A stretch of 64,000 bases of DNA from assembly GCA_019233975.1 (NCBI GenBank), contig JAFALY010000008.1, forward strand, positions 7,580 to 71,579, written 5' to 3'. How positions within the stretch are numbered: position 1 is the first letter of the stretch; every line of letters begins with the position of its first letter. Source of the DNA: Alphaproteobacteria bacterium (GTDB lineage: Bacteria > Pseudomonadota > Alphaproteobacteria > UBA9219). The notes beneath the pieces are model-generated. The model saw only the letters and a list, made by a program, of their open reading frames with translations. It was not told the origin of the DNA and made no database searches. Both the position numbers and the translations under genes were made by a program. This document shows, piece after piece, positions 47,238 to 57,366 of the stretch.

Positions 47238-47801
47238 ATGAACCTCATGAAACATGGTTCTCTGCTCATCATCGCGCTTGGCGCGTTTTTGCTTTCGCCC
47301 GCTTTGGCGCAGGCCAGTGATGTTGGCGTGCTGTCGACCTTGATGGGTGCCGGGTTCGGCGGCCTAGTCGGTAGTCAGTTCGGCAAGGGGCCGGGCAATG
47401 TTGCAGCGACGGCAACCGGCGTGATGGTTGGCGGTCTGATCGGCAGCGAAGTCGGCAACAACATCGACCGCCCGCATTACACAACGGCCTACCCGGCTTA
47501 CACAACTGTTTATACGCCTGCCTATTATGCAGCACCCGTTTATGTGCCGAATTATGTGGCGCCACCTGCGCCCACACCGGTTGTTGTCACGCCGGTTTAT
47601 ACCCAACCCGTTTACGCTCAGCCGGTTTATACGCAGCCTGTCTATGCCGTGCCTGAACCGCAACCCACCACTTATGTGGATCAGGAGTCGGGCCGTTATT
47701 GCAGGGAATATTCCGAGCGCGTGCAAATCGGCGGACAGTTGCGCGAAAGCTATGGCACGGCCTGCATGCAGCCCGACGGCACATGGCGCATTATCGAGTA
47801 A
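47238..47801 (+). CDS. Glycine-zipper 17-kDa-antigen-like surface protein
   Basis: GAGFGGLVGSQFGKG..AATATG..GG; C-terminal CREY...YGTACMQPDGTWRI. Confidence 0.82.
   Translation: MNLMKHGSLLIIALGAFLLSPALAQASDVGVLSTLMGAGFGGLVGSQFGKGPGNVAATATGVMVGGLIGSEVGNNIDRPHYTTAYPAYTTVYTPAYYAAPVYVPNYVAPPAPTPVVVTPVYTQPVYAQPVYTQPVYAVPEPQPTTYVDQESGRYCREYSERVQIGGQLRESYGTACMQPDGTWRIIE
47592..47648 (+). repeat. Degenerate 15-bp tandem repeat encoding PVY(T/A)Q
   Basis: ccggtttatacccaa cccgtttacgctcag ccggtttatacgcag cctgtctatgcc. Confidence 0.7.
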
Positions 47802-47885
47802 TTTAGTAAGCGCCGATATTCCACATCTCTCTGTCTTTTTAGAAAATCCTATTCGTGATGAAAAGCCATATGTTATGAAGCCCGC

Positions 47886-48938
47886 ATGACCGAGCTTTTG
47901 ACCGCCGATTTTGACTTTGACCTGCCGCCCGAGCGTATTGCGCAAGCAGCCGTGGAACCGCGCGACCATGCACGCCTTTTGCATGTGCGGGCCGATGGGC
48001 TGTACGACCACCATGTGTATGACCTGCCGGATCTGCTACAGGCGGGCGATGTTCTGGTCGTCAACGACACCAAAGTTATTCCCGCCCGTATCTATGGACG
48101 GCGCGGCGATGTGGCCGTTGAGGTTTTGCTGCACAAAAAGCATGTTGCCAATGCCGATGGCCAGATCTGGCGCGCTTTTGCACGTCCGGGTAAAAGGCTG
48201 AAGGCGGGCGACACCATTTGTTTTGCCGATGATTTTACAGCCACGATTGTCGAGAAACTGGAGGGTGGGGAGATTTTACTACACCTCGCCTATGACGATG
48301 TTGCGCTGATGCAGGCGTTGGAGAAATATGGTGAACCGCCCCTGCCGCCCTATATACATCGTGAACAAGGGGCTGCGTTGGCTGACCGTGACCGGTATCA
48401 GACGGTCTATGCCCGGCATGAAGGGTCGGTTGCCGCGCCGACGGCGGGTTTGCATTTCACACCGGAGTTGCTGGAACGTTTGCGGGGCAAGGGTATCGAG
48501 ATTGCGCGCGTCACGTTGCATGTCGGGGCGGGAACATTTTTGCCTGTAAAGGCTGAACGTTTGTCCGAGCACAAAATGCACGCGGAATACGGCGTGGTGA
48601 CACCGGACGTTGCGGATCAGGTCAACGCTGCGCGCAAGGCCGGTCGGCGCATTGTGGCGGTGGGAACGACGGCGCTACGCCTTCTGGAGTCCGCTGCGGG
48701 TGATAACGGCGATTTACGGCCTTTTGCGGCAGAAACTTCGATCTTCATTTATCCCGGCTATCGCTTTAAGATCGTGGACGCGCTGATGACGAATTTCCAC
48801 TTGCCGCAATCGACCCTGTTTATGCTGGTGTCCGCTTTTGCCGGTATGGACCGGATGCGTCAGGCTTATGCGCACGCGATTAGCAGTGAATACCGTTTTT
48901 ATTCTTATGGTGACGCAAGTTTATTGGAAAAGGCATGA
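47886..48938 (+). CDS. queA: SAM:tRNA ribosyltransferase-isomerase
   Basis: [29 protein letters not shown] and TNFHLP. Confidence 0.96.
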   Translation: MTELLTADFDFDLPPERIAQAAVEPRDHARLLHVRADGLYDHHVYDLPDLLQAGDVLVVNDTKVIPARIYGRRGDVAVEVLLHKKHVANADGQIWRAFARPGKRLKAGDTICFADDFTATIVEKLEGGEILLHLAYDDVALMQALEKYGEPPLPPYIHREQGAALADRDRYQTVYARHEGSVAAPTAGLHFTPELLERLRGKGIEIARVTLHVGAGTFLPVKAERLSEHKMHAEYGVVTPDVADQVNAARKAGRRIVAVGTTALRLLESAAGDNGDLRPFAAETSIFIYPGYRFKIVDALMTNFHLPQSTLFMLVSAFAGMDRMRQAYAHAISSEYRFYSYGDASLLEKA

Positions 48939-50077
48939 CAGGCAGTAATCCCGTTTTTTCATTCACCCGTTTGGCAACCGATGGCGCGGCGCGTCGTGGC
49001 CGTGTAACCACCGCGCATGGCACGTTTGAAACGCCCTGCTTTATGGCGACGGCGACAGGCGCCACGGTCAAGGGATTGACGGTTGACACTGTGCGTGCGG
49101 TTGGTGCCGAACTTGCCATCTGCAACACCTATCATTTGATGCTGCGCCCCTCGGCTGAACGCGTGGCGGCGCTGGGTGGCTTGCATAAGTTCATGAACTG
49201 GAGCGGGCCCATCCTGACCGACTCTGGCGGGTTTCAGGTGATGTCATTGTCCAAACTGCGCGATATGACGGAAAAGGGCGTCGTGTTCCGCTCGCACATA
49301 GACGGCAGCAAGCACGAGTTGTCGCCTGAGCGGTCGATGGAGATTCAGCACCTGCTCGACTCTAACATCACCATGTGCCTTGACGAATGCACGCCGCATC
49401 CGGCCACGCATGACGAAGCCGCACGTTCTATGCGGATGTCCATGCGCTGGGCCGAACGTTGCAAGAAAGCGTTTGTGCAGCGTCCGGGTTATGCCCTGTT
49501 CGGCATTAATCAGGGCAGCACCTATGGTGATCTGCGCGAAGAATCCGCGCGCCATCTGCGCGATATCGACTTTGACGGCTATGGCATCGGCGGCCTGGCG
49601 GTTGGCGAAGGGCAGGCGGAAATGTTCCGCATTCTGGATATCAATGTCCCTGCTTTGCCGGATGACAAACCGCGCTACCTGATGGGCGTTGGCCGTCCGG
49701 ATGATCTGGTCGGGGCCGTCATGCGTGGCGTTGATATGTTCGATTGTGTGATGCCCACACGTTCGGGCCGCACGGGGCAGGCCTTTACGCGCCGTGGCAC
49801 GGTCAATATGCGCAATGCGCGCCATCTCGATGATAACAGGCCACTTGATGCCACCTGCGCCTGCACGACCTGCACGGGCTATTCGCGCGCCTATCTGCAT
49901 CACCTGTTCCGGGCCGAAGAAATGCTGGGTCCCATTTTGTTGACGACGCACAATTTGTATTACTATCAGGGGTTGATGCGCGACATGCGGCAAGCGATCG
50001 AGGCCGGCAGTCTGCAGGACTACGCCGCCGCGTTTCATGCTGATCAAGCCCTGGGCGATGTGGAGCCGTTATCATGA
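48935..50077 (+). CDS. tgt: tRNA guanine transglycosylase
   Basis: [25 protein letters not shown] and zinc motif CAC..C. Confidence 0.96.
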   Translation: MTGSNPVFSFTRLATDGAARRGRVTTAHGTFETPCFMATATGATVKGLTVDTVRAVGAELAICNTYHLMLRPSAERVAALGGLHKFMNWSGPILTDSGGFQVMSLSKLRDMTEKGVVFRSHIDGSKHELSPERSMEIQHLLDSNITMCLDECTPHPATHDEAARSMRMSMRWAERCKKAFVQRPGYALFGINQGSTYGDLREESARHLRDIDFDGYGIGGLAVGEGQAEMFRILDINVPALPDDKPRYLMGVGRPDDLVGAVMRGVDMFDCVMPTRSGRTGQAFTRRGTVNMRNARHLDDNRPLDATCACTTCTGYSRAYLHHLFRAEEMLGPILLTTHNLYYYQGLMRDMRQAIEAGSLQDYAAAFHADQALGDVEPLS

Positions 50078-50580
50078 CCGTAACCCTGCGGCCTATTCTT
50101 CTGGCGGGATTGATCGCCTTGCTTGTGGCGCCCGTTTTCGCAGCGGACAGGGACGAAGAAAAACCGACCGGCCTGCCGGTGCCGCGCTTTGCCTCGTTGC
50201 GTAGTGAAGAGGTCAATATGCGCGCGGGGCCGGGCACGCGTTACCCGATCGAATGGGTTTATAACCGCAAGGGTTTGCCGGTCGAAATTGTGGCTGAGTT
50301 TGACATCTGGCGTCGTGTGCGCGACCCGGAAGGAACCGAAGGCTGGGTTCACAAAACAGAAATTACCGGCAAACGTATGGCCATTGTCACTGGCGGCCCG
50401 CGTGAATTACGCGAAGAACCGCAGGATACAGCCGCCATCAAGGCGCATCTGGAGGCTGGCGCCATCGGCCAGATATCCAGTTGCCAGCGAGACTGGTGCA
50501 AGCTGAAGTTTGATGGCGTTAAGGGGTATTTACGCAAAAACCAGCTATGGGGTGCCTACCCGGCCGAGGTTTTTGAATAA
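50074..50580 (+). CDS. Exported SH3-domain protein
   Basis: [23 protein letters not shown] and WRRVRD. Confidence 0.85.
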   Translation: MTVTLRPILLAGLIALLVAPVFAADRDEEKPTGLPVPRFASLRSEEVNMRAGPGTRYPIEWVYNRKGLPVEIVAEFDIWRRVRDPEGTEGWVHKTEITGKRMAIVTGGPRELREEPQDTAAIKAHLEAGAIGQISSCQRDWCKLKFDGVKGYLRKNQLWGAYPAEVFE

Positions 50581-50665
50581 GGTTAAATGCATCGGTACAG
50601 CATCGCGACTGGGGGCTGGACATTCACGCCCTTCTTGCCTATAAGCACCCTTCCGTATTTCCGGC

Positions 50666-50741
50666 GCCCAGGTAGCTCAGTTGGTAGAGCAGGGGATTGA
50701 AAATCCCCGTGTCGGCGGTTCAATTCCGTCCCTGGGCACCA
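50666..50741 (+). tRNA. tRNA-Phe (GAA)
   Basis: 76 nt: GCCCAGG acceptor pairs with CCTGGGC; D arm AGCTCAGTTGGTAGAGC; anticodon loop TTGAAAA; T loop GGTTCAATTCC; encoded CCA. Confidence 0.97.
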
Positions 50742-52463
50742 TTAACCGTTCGTCCCTGAACCGTTCACGGCGCAATTCTTCCTTAATGCTTCCTCTGCGG
50801 CCTCAAAGCTTGGCGCGAAGCGTATTTTGTCCAGCAGGCCATGGTCGATGATCTGCTGCAGGTTGTTGCGAACCCTGTCGCGGGCACCGCAGACCGTTAC
50901 CGTTGCGTCGTCGGCAACCGCGCGACGCAGAAAATCGCCAAAAGCAAGTGCGCCGCTGGTGTCGATCAACGGCACTTCTTCAAATCGTAAAATATAATGC
51001 TGGCTTTGCGGCCCGATCTGGTCGAGCGCGTCTTTCAGCGCGCTCGTGCTGCCGAAAAACAGGGGGCCGCGGAATGTCAGCACGGTTGTGTCTTTGGGCA
51101 GGTCGGGCAGGGGGACATAGGGCGGCCTGTTATCCGCAAAGTCATCGTGATCTTCTTCAATCAATCGCGCACCTGCTGTACCTGTGCCGTTGCCTTCGAT
51201 GGTTGAAAGCTGCGCCATGCGATGCATGAAGATAAAGGCCGCCAGTACCATGCCGACCTCAATCGCGACTGTCAGATCAACAACAACCGTCAGGCCAAAG
51301 GTGAGGAGAAGGACGGCCCTGTCGCCGCCGGATGTTTTCAGCAAAAGCCTGAATCGATGTAGTTCCGCCATATTAAGAGCAACGACCATGAGAATGGCAG
51401 CAAGCGCCGATAGCGGCACATAGTACGCCAACGGTGCCAGTGCCAGCATAAAGGCTAGTAAAAACGCTGCATGCATCATACCTGCCACTGGCGAGTGCGC
51501 GCCGGAACGAATATTGGTGGCGGTTCGCGCGATAGCGCCCGTCGCCGGCATGCCCGCCATGGCTGCGGATGCAATATTCGCGATGCCCTGCGCCACCAGT
51601 TCCATGTTCGAACGGTGACGACGGCCTGTCATCTGGTCTGCCACCACGGCGGATAGCAATGACTCCACACCCGCCAGCAGCGCGATGGTAAAGGCGCTTG
51701 GTAAAATATCGTGCACCTTGTCCCATGACCAGAACGTGAGACTGGGCGCAGGCAGGGTCGACGGCACGCCACCGAATTTGGAGCCGATGGTTTCAATTGG
51801 CAGATGCAGCAGATATGTTGCCAGCGACGCGACGACAGTGACAATAAGAAATCCCGGGATTTTGGGCGCCACACGCCGTAGCAGTAAAATGGTCAGCAGC
51901 GAGATAATCGCCACCGCCGATGCCGTCGGGTTCAATGTGTCATGCACATCCCAAAGGGCCTGTATCTTCGGCAAAAAATCCGCAGGCACATGCGCCGCTG
52001 TCAGGCCAAAGAAATCCTTGATCTGACTGACGGTAATCACGGTGGCGATGCCCGTGGTGAAGCCTGTGGTGACAGGATCCGGGATATATTTGATCCATGT
52101 GCCGACGCGCAACAATCCGGCAGCCACCAGCATGACGCCCGCGATCATCGTCGCCATCAGCAACCCGTCATAACCGTGGCGCGCAATGACGCCGTAAACG
52201 ATGACAACAAACGCGCCCGTTGGTCCGCCAATCTGGAACCGGCTGCCGCCAAGGAATGAAATGAAGAAACCCGCGACGATTGCGGTAATCAGGCCGCGTT
52301 CCGGTGTGGTGCCGGAGGCAATCGCCAACGCCATGGCCAGCGGCAGGGCCACAATGGCAACGGTCAACCCGGCGATCATGTCGCCGCGAAAGGCCCTCAG
52401 GTCATAACCCTGTCGCAGAACCGTTACTGTCTTGGGAACAAATAATCGCCAGTCCTGCAACAT
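50742..52463 (-). CDS. SulP-family anion transporter with STAS domain
   Basis: AGLTVAIVALPLAMALA, IGGPTG, ESLLSA and RGPLFFG. Confidence 0.92.
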   Translation of the reverse strand: MLQDWRLFVPKTVTVLRQGYDLRAFRGDMIAGLTVAIVALPLAMALAIASGTTPERGLITAIVAGFFISFLGGSRFQIGGPTGAFVVIVYGVIARHGYDGLLMATMIAGVMLVAAGLLRVGTWIKYIPDPVTTGFTTGIATVITVSQIKDFFGLTAAHVPADFLPKIQALWDVHDTLNPTASAVAIISLLTILLLRRVAPKIPGFLIVTVVASLATYLLHLPIETIGSKFGGVPSTLPAPSLTFWSWDKVHDILPSAFTIALLAGVESLLSAVVADQMTGRRHRSNMELVAQGIANIASAAMAGMPATGAIARTATNIRSGAHSPVAGMMHAAFLLAFMLALAPLAYYVPLSALAAILMVVALNMAELHRFRLLLKTSGGDRAVLLLTFGLTVVVDLTVAIEVGMVLAAFIFMHRMAQLSTIEGNGTGTAGARLIEEDHDDFADNRPPYVPLPDLPKDTTVLTFRGPLFFGSTSALKDALDQIGPQSQHYILRFEEVPLIDTSGALAFGDFLRRAVADDATVTVCGARDRVRNNLQQIIDHGLLDKIRFAPSFEAAEEALRKNCAVNGSGTNG

Positions 52464-52482
52464 CGTCCATGCCCCTTATCGT

Positions 52483-53238
52483 TTATGCAAGCGTATCATG
52501 CGCCACTGCCCGCGCATAGGCTTTGACTGTTTCAGCAAAGCCAATCCTTAGGGCATCCACTGTCAGCTCATGCCCGATAGAAGCTTCGGCCAGAAAGGGA
52601 ATGCCGGCTACCAACGGCGGCAGATTCTGCAGGTTCAAATCATGCCCGGCATTGACAATCAGGCCGCGTGCGCGTGCCGCTTTGGCCGTACGTATGCAGT
52701 CAGCCAGTGCGGCCCGATGATCACCCTTACGAAAGGCTTCGGCATAAGCGCCGGTATAAATTTCAACGCCCTGTACGCCAATGTGCGCGATGCGATCCAG
52801 AACATCCGGCTTGGCATCGGGATCGACAAAAAAGATGGCGCGCGTCTTGATTTTTTTCAAATGTTCCATCACTGGCGCTAGCATCTGCATTTGCGCAGGT
52901 GTCAGATCCCACCCCTTGTCTGATGTGAAGGCATCGCGCGCATCAGGCACCAAAGTGCATTGTTCGGGGCGTACACGATCGACAATCTCCAGATAACGCG
53001 CATCGGGATACCCTTCGACATTATATTCCATTGCGGGTCGCAGGGGACGCAGGAAAGCGGCAATGGCATCAACGTCTGTGCGGCGTATGTGGCGTTCATC
53101 CGGACGCGGGTGGACGGTCAGGCCATGCGCGCCGCCCTCTAATGCCAACGCGGCAAAGGTCAGCAAATCCGGTACGCCAGTGTAGCGTGAATTGCGAAGC
53201 AGGGCGACTTTGTTAAGATTGACGCTAAGTTTTGCCAT
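52483..53238 (-). CDS. pdxJ: Pyridoxine 5'-phosphate synthase
   Basis: LSVNLNKVALLRN, TVHPRPDERHI, CTLVP, NAGHDL and SIGH. Confidence 0.93.
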   Translation of the reverse strand: MAKLSVNLNKVALLRNSRYTGVPDLLTFAALALEGGAHGLTVHPRPDERHIRRTDVDAIAAFLRPLRPAMEYNVEGYPDARYLEIVDRVRPEQCTLVPDARDAFTSDKGWDLTPAQMQMLAPVMEHLKKIKTRAIFFVDPDAKPDVLDRIAHIGVQGVEIYTGAYAEAFRKGDHRAALADCIRTAKAARARGLIVNAGHDLNLQNLPPLVAGIPFLAEASIGHELTVDALRIGFAETVKAYARAVAHDTLA

Positions 53239-53469
53239 GGAGAAAAACGATGTAACGAAGCGGATTATAGGGCGGCCTGACGGAATTTCCTACCTGCAAA
53301 AAACCGGACGATCATGCAGATTTTATCCATAACATTATATGAATCATTGGTTTAGGCTTTGATGGCCAGCCATTCCTGCATTGCAATGAATCAGCCTGCT
53401 TGCTATACCCTTTGAAACCCGCGCTTTTGCTGCGCTGCAAGGATAAACAACCATTCCATGAACATACGC

Positions 53470-54255
53470 ATGAACCGCCGTCGCCGCCTGTACGAAGGAA
53501 AAGCCAAAGTCTTGTTCGAGGGGCCGGAGCCAGGCACCCTGGTACAATACTTCAAGGATGACGCGACCGCCTTTAATAACCAGAAAAAAGGCACCATCAC
53601 CGGCAAGGGTGTTCTGAATAACCGTATTTCGGAATATCTGATGACCAAGCTGAACGAGATTGGCGTGCCGACCCATTTCATGCGTCGCCTGAATATGCGT
53701 GAGCAGTTGATCCGTAAGGTCGAAATTATTCCAATTGAAGTCGTCGTGCGCAATGTCGTCGCCGGTTCGTTGGCCAAGCGCTTGGGTATTCCCGAGGGCA
53801 CCGTACTGCCGCGTTCGATCGTTGAATTTTATTACAAGAATGACCAGTTGGGCGACCCCATGGTGTCGGACGAACATATCACGGCCTTTGGCTGGGCCTG
53901 CGCGCCGGAACTGGAAGAGATTATGAGCCTCGCGCTGCGTGTGAACGACTATCTATCCGGCCTGTTCCTTGGCATCGGGCTGAAGCTGGTGGATTTCAAA
54001 CTGGAATTCGGCCGCGTGTGGGAAGAAGACGGCATGATGCGTATCATCTTGGCCGACGAAATCAGTCCCGACAATTGCCGCCTGTGGGACGTGCGTTCCA
54101 ACGAAAAGATGGACAAGGATCGTTTCCGTCAGGACCTGGGCAAGGTTGAAGAAGCGTATCAGGAAGTCGCGCGTCGTCTCGGCATCATGCCGGAAATGGT
54201 GACGGGCGCGGATGTGCCGCTCGACGGTTCGATCGAAACAATTGGTAAAGCTTGA
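53470..54255 (+). CDS. purC: SAICAR synthetase
   Basis: [23 protein letters not shown] and LADEISPD. Confidence 0.96.
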   Translation: MNRRRRLYEGKAKVLFEGPEPGTLVQYFKDDATAFNNQKKGTITGKGVLNNRISEYLMTKLNEIGVPTHFMRRLNMREQLIRKVEIIPIEVVVRNVVAGSLAKRLGIPEGTVLPRSIVEFYYKNDQLGDPMVSDEHITAFGWACAPELEEIMSLALRVNDYLSGLFLGIGLKLVDFKLEFGRVWEEDGMMRIILADEISPDNCRLWDVRSNEKMDKDRFRQDLGKVEEAYQEVARRLGIMPEMVTGADVPLDGSIETIGKA

Positions 54256-54267
54256 TTGGAGCTTGTG

Positions 54268-54507
54268 ATGAAAGCACGCATTGATGTGACCTTGAAAGAA
54301 GGCGTTTTGGATCCGCAGGGCAAGGCGATAGGCCACGCGTTGCAAAATCTTGGCTTTGCCGGTGTGAAGGATGTGCGTGTGGGTAAGGTGATCGAGCTTG
54401 ATCTGGCCGAAGCCGATGCGTCGCGTGCGACCGAGGTGGCCCGTCAGATGGCCGAGAAAATGCTCGCCAACCAAGTCATCGAAGATTTCCGCGTTACTAT
54501 TCTCTAA
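54268..54507 (+). CDS. purS: Phosphoribosylformylglycinamidine synthase subunit PurS
   Basis: LKEGVLDPQG, VRVGK and LANQVIE. Confidence 0.93.
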   Translation: MKARIDVTLKEGVLDPQGKAIGHALQNLGFAGVKDVRVGKVIELDLAEADASRATEVARQMAEKMLANQVIEDFRVTIL

Positions 54508-54547
54508 TTTCCTTCCTTTCTACTCCCTTTCTCCCATGGGGTTTATT

Positions 54548-54883
54548 ATGGCACGTTTGCGCAGCATTTTTTCCGTTTTGGGTTTTCTGGCCGTGATGAC
54601 CGGCGCGGGTATGGCCCTGACCGGCTGTGCCGACACCAATCAGGTCAGCTTTGTTCGCCTGTCTATGGACGCACCACCGCCTGCACAGATCGAAGATGTG
54701 CCTGAGCTGAACAACCCGCCTACCGAAACATGGCGCCCCGGCTATTGGGCCTATACCGGCGCTGATTTCTATTGGGTGCCGGGCGAGGTGATCCCGCGCC
54801 CTTCAGAAACGGCCATATGGATCGCCGACCATTGGGAACAACGCGGCTACGGCTGGGCCTTTGTGCCCGGCGTGTGGCGCTGA
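54548..54883 (+). CDS. YXWGXW-repeat lipoprotein
   Basis: Lipobox LTGC; WRPGYW, YWVPG, WIADHW and FVPGVW. Confidence 0.75.
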   Translation: MARLRSIFSVLGFLAVMTGAGMALTGCADTNQVSFVRLSMDAPPPAQIEDVPELNNPPTETWRPGYWAYTGADFYWVPGEVIPRPSETAIWIADHWEQRGYGWAFVPGVWR

Positions 54884-54937
54884 TTTAATCCTGACGGTTT
54901 ATAACGGTGTGTAGGACTTAGGCGTGTCGCTTGGGCC

Positions 54938-55735
54938 TTACAGCAGCGTGTGTTCCAGAATATTCAGGCAAAACTCGGCAGCGGGCGCCACGGCCTCGAT
55001 CACCGGCTGGACGCCGTCCAGCATTGACCCCGCCGCGTGGCCAAAGGCCGACAGCATATCGCTGCAGATATGGCTGATGCCGTTCGGGACATCGCGCACA
55101 AGCCAGTCACCGCAGGCTTCAAAGCGGCCAAGGATACCCTCTTCAACAAGCTCCGGCACATGTGCCACGGCATCCAGATGCAGCATCTGTGTAAGATGGT
55201 CGTCGATAAAGGATGGGATGTAGTCGAACGGCGCGTCGATGGATGTGCCGATATGACCGATGCGAGCCAGTGCGGACTCAACCTGCTCTAAATGCTCCGG
55301 GAGTTCTTCCCAAAAATAGGGGTTGTTCCATAACTGGATGACATAGGGGCCGGATGACCCTGTGATCACAATCTTGCCCCAGGCGGCGTAACCATGGTCG
55401 TCAGGATCCCATGGGTGCTGGTGACCTTTTTCCTGGTTGATGCTGTGGAACAATAACTGCCTGTTTTGCGGATCTTTTTTCGAGCCGCCAAACTTTTTGG
55501 GTTTTATATGATCGTCGGTCAGCAGTTCCTTGACGATGGGCACAAGAAAACCGCCTGCAAGAAAACCTGCCGTGCCGGTTGCGACATGTTCGGCGACATG
55601 CAAGGCGTGAAATGTTACCTGACCAGCCCGGATAAGGGCGTTCAACATGCGTTTCAGGCGTTTGTAATCGCCAATTGCGGTCGTGTTATCACCGCGTGCG
55701 CCTATCTTGGGGGTCTTGTTGCCGCGCCTAGACAT
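54938..55735 (-). CDS. Orphan protein with an HNH endonuclease motif
   Basis: DHIKPKKFGGS...NRQLLFHSINQEKG at aa 75-104 (55424-55513); AAGGAG RBS. Confidence 0.6.
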   Translation of the reverse strand: MSRRGNKTPKIGARGDNTTAIGDYKRLKRMLNALIRAGQVTFHALHVAEHVATGTAGFLAGGFLVPIVKELLTDDHIKPKKFGGSKKDPQNRQLLFHSINQEKGHQHPWDPDDHGYAAWGKIVITGSSGPYVIQLWNNPYFWEELPEHLEQVESALARIGHIGTSIDAPFDYIPSFIDDHLTQMLHLDAVAHVPELVEEGILGRFEACGDWLVRDVPNGISHICSDMLSAFGHAAGSMLDGVQPVIEAVAPAAEFCLNILEHTLL

Positions 55736-55741
55736 CGCAAC

Positions 55742-55770
55742 GCTCCTTTCCGCAAACGGCGGAAAGGGGC
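55742..55770 (-). promoter_or_regulatory. RBS-sequestering hairpin
   Basis: Minus strand GCCCCTTTCCGC-CGTTT-GCGGAAAGGAGC forms 11 of 12 pairs and contains the AAGGAG SD 7 nt before the ATG. Confidence 0.7.
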
Positions 55771-55966
55771 AAACCGGGTGTCATGGAGCCTGCGAACGGA
55801 TCAACCCAGAAACAACCAACCCAACAATAAAAATGCCCTAACAAAACCATCGCCCTAACACTGTCGAAATACACAGGTGTGTGGGTTAGATAGCAAACCG
55901 CATCTGAAACTAAAACGGGAAATTAGGTTTAAAAAAACGACTGTTTTGGGCGGAGGTTAACGGGGC

Positions 55967-57286
55967 TTAGTTAATTTCATCCTCACCCTGCCGGGCGGGC
56001 GGGATAATCAGGACTTTGTCCACGCGGCGGGCATCCATATCGACGACTTCAAACCTGAAATCCTGCCATGTCGCCTTGTCGCCTGTGGTCGGCAGGCGGC
56101 CCAATTGTTCAATCACAAAACCGGCCAGCGTGTGGAAATCGCCGCTGCCCTGCATGCCTTTGACGGACAGCAAACTTTCAACTTCGTCGATGGGGGTCAT
56201 GCCGTCCAGAAGCCAGCTGCCATCCTCGCGTAGATGCGGCGCATCGGTCGTATCCTGACCATGCGCCGGCAGTTCGCCGGTGATGGCCTGCGCGATATCG
56301 GTCAGGGTGACGATGCCTTCCACGCTGCCATATTCGTCGGCGATGATGGCGATATACTGGCCGGATTGTTTGAACTGTTCCACGAGGCGCAGCACATGCG
56401 TGGTGTCGGGTACAATCAACGCTTGCCGCATAATACCCTTAACAGTGACGGGCTGCCCGTCAAAGGCGCGGTCCAGAATATCCTTGGCGTAAATAATGCC
56501 CAGAATTTCTTCCAAATCCCCGCGCGCAACAGGGAAGCAGCTATAGGGATGGTGGCGTATGACGCGCACATGTTTGTCGGACGCGTCATCGATATCCAGC
56601 CAGACCATATCCACGCGCGGTGTCATAATCGACCGAACGGTGCGGTCCGCCAGACGCATGACACTTTCCAGCATGACTTTTTCCGCTTGTTTGAACACAC
56701 CGCTTTCGGCGCCTTCGGCGATCAAATCCTTGACTTCTTCTTCGGTAATCACATTGTCGGGCACCTTGGCGAGGCCAAACAGGTTCAGCACAATCTCGGT
56801 TGATTGCTTGAGCATCCAGACGATCGGTGCCGCGATGGTGGCGAACAGGCGCATAATGTAGGAAACGCGGATGGCGATGGGTTCCGCATAGGAAAGGCCG
56901 ATGCGTTTGGGCAGCAGCTCGCCCACTACCAGATTGACATAAGTGACAGCCATAATGGTCAGCGCCAACGCCGCCGCCTCGCCATGCGGCGCTATCCAGC
57001 TATAGCTATTCAGATAGTCGGTCAAATGTCCCGCCAATGTGGCGCCCGAATACGCGCCGGCGAACACGCTGTTCAGTGTCATGCCAATTTGCACAATGGA
57101 CAGAAAGGATGCGGGATCTTCAGCCAGTTCCAGGGCCAGTTTGGCCCCTTCGTGCCCGTCATCGGCCAGTTGGCGCAGGCGGGTTCGGCGCGCCGAGACG
57201 ATGGCCAGCTCCGACATGGCAAAAAAGCCGTTCAACAGAATAAGAAGAACGACAACAATGAGTTCGTAAGTCAGGGAATTCGACAT
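55967..57286 (-). CDS. HlyC/CorC hemolysin-family (CNNM-CBS) protein
   Basis: NGFFAMSELA, VGELLPK, IMTPR, DEYGSVEGIVT and TLAG. Confidence 0.92.
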   Translation of the reverse strand: MSNSLTYELIVVVLLILLNGFFAMSELAIVSARRTRLRQLADDGHEGAKLALELAEDPASFLSIVQIGMTLNSVFAGAYSGATLAGHLTDYLNSYSWIAPHGEAAALALTIMAVTYVNLVVGELLPKRIGLSYAEPIAIRVSYIMRLFATIAAPIVWMLKQSTEIVLNLFGLAKVPDNVITEEEVKDLIAEGAESGVFKQAEKVMLESVMRLADRTVRSIMTPRVDMVWLDIDDASDKHVRVIRHHPYSCFPVARGDLEEILGIIYAKDILDRAFDGQPVTVKGIMRQALIVPDTTHVLRLVEQFKQSGQYIAIIADEYGSVEGIVTLTDIAQAITGELPAHGQDTTDAPHLREDGSWLLDGMTPIDEVESLLSVKGMQGSGDFHTLAGFVIEQLGRLPTTGDKATWQDFRFEVVDMDARRVDKVLIIPPARQGEDEIN

Positions 57287-57366
57287 CGCGGGGCAGAGTA
57301 CCGATTTCGCGCGCCGGATGCAATGCCTCGTTGGCGTCGGCGCGGAAGGCGTGGTATAAACGATTC

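Noticed and set aside
55766-55800. GGGCAAACC resembling the start of a c-di-GMP-I riboswitch
   Set aside because: It is on the opposite strand to the downstream gene and lacks the GNRA-capped P2 stem and the GACGCAAAGC segment.
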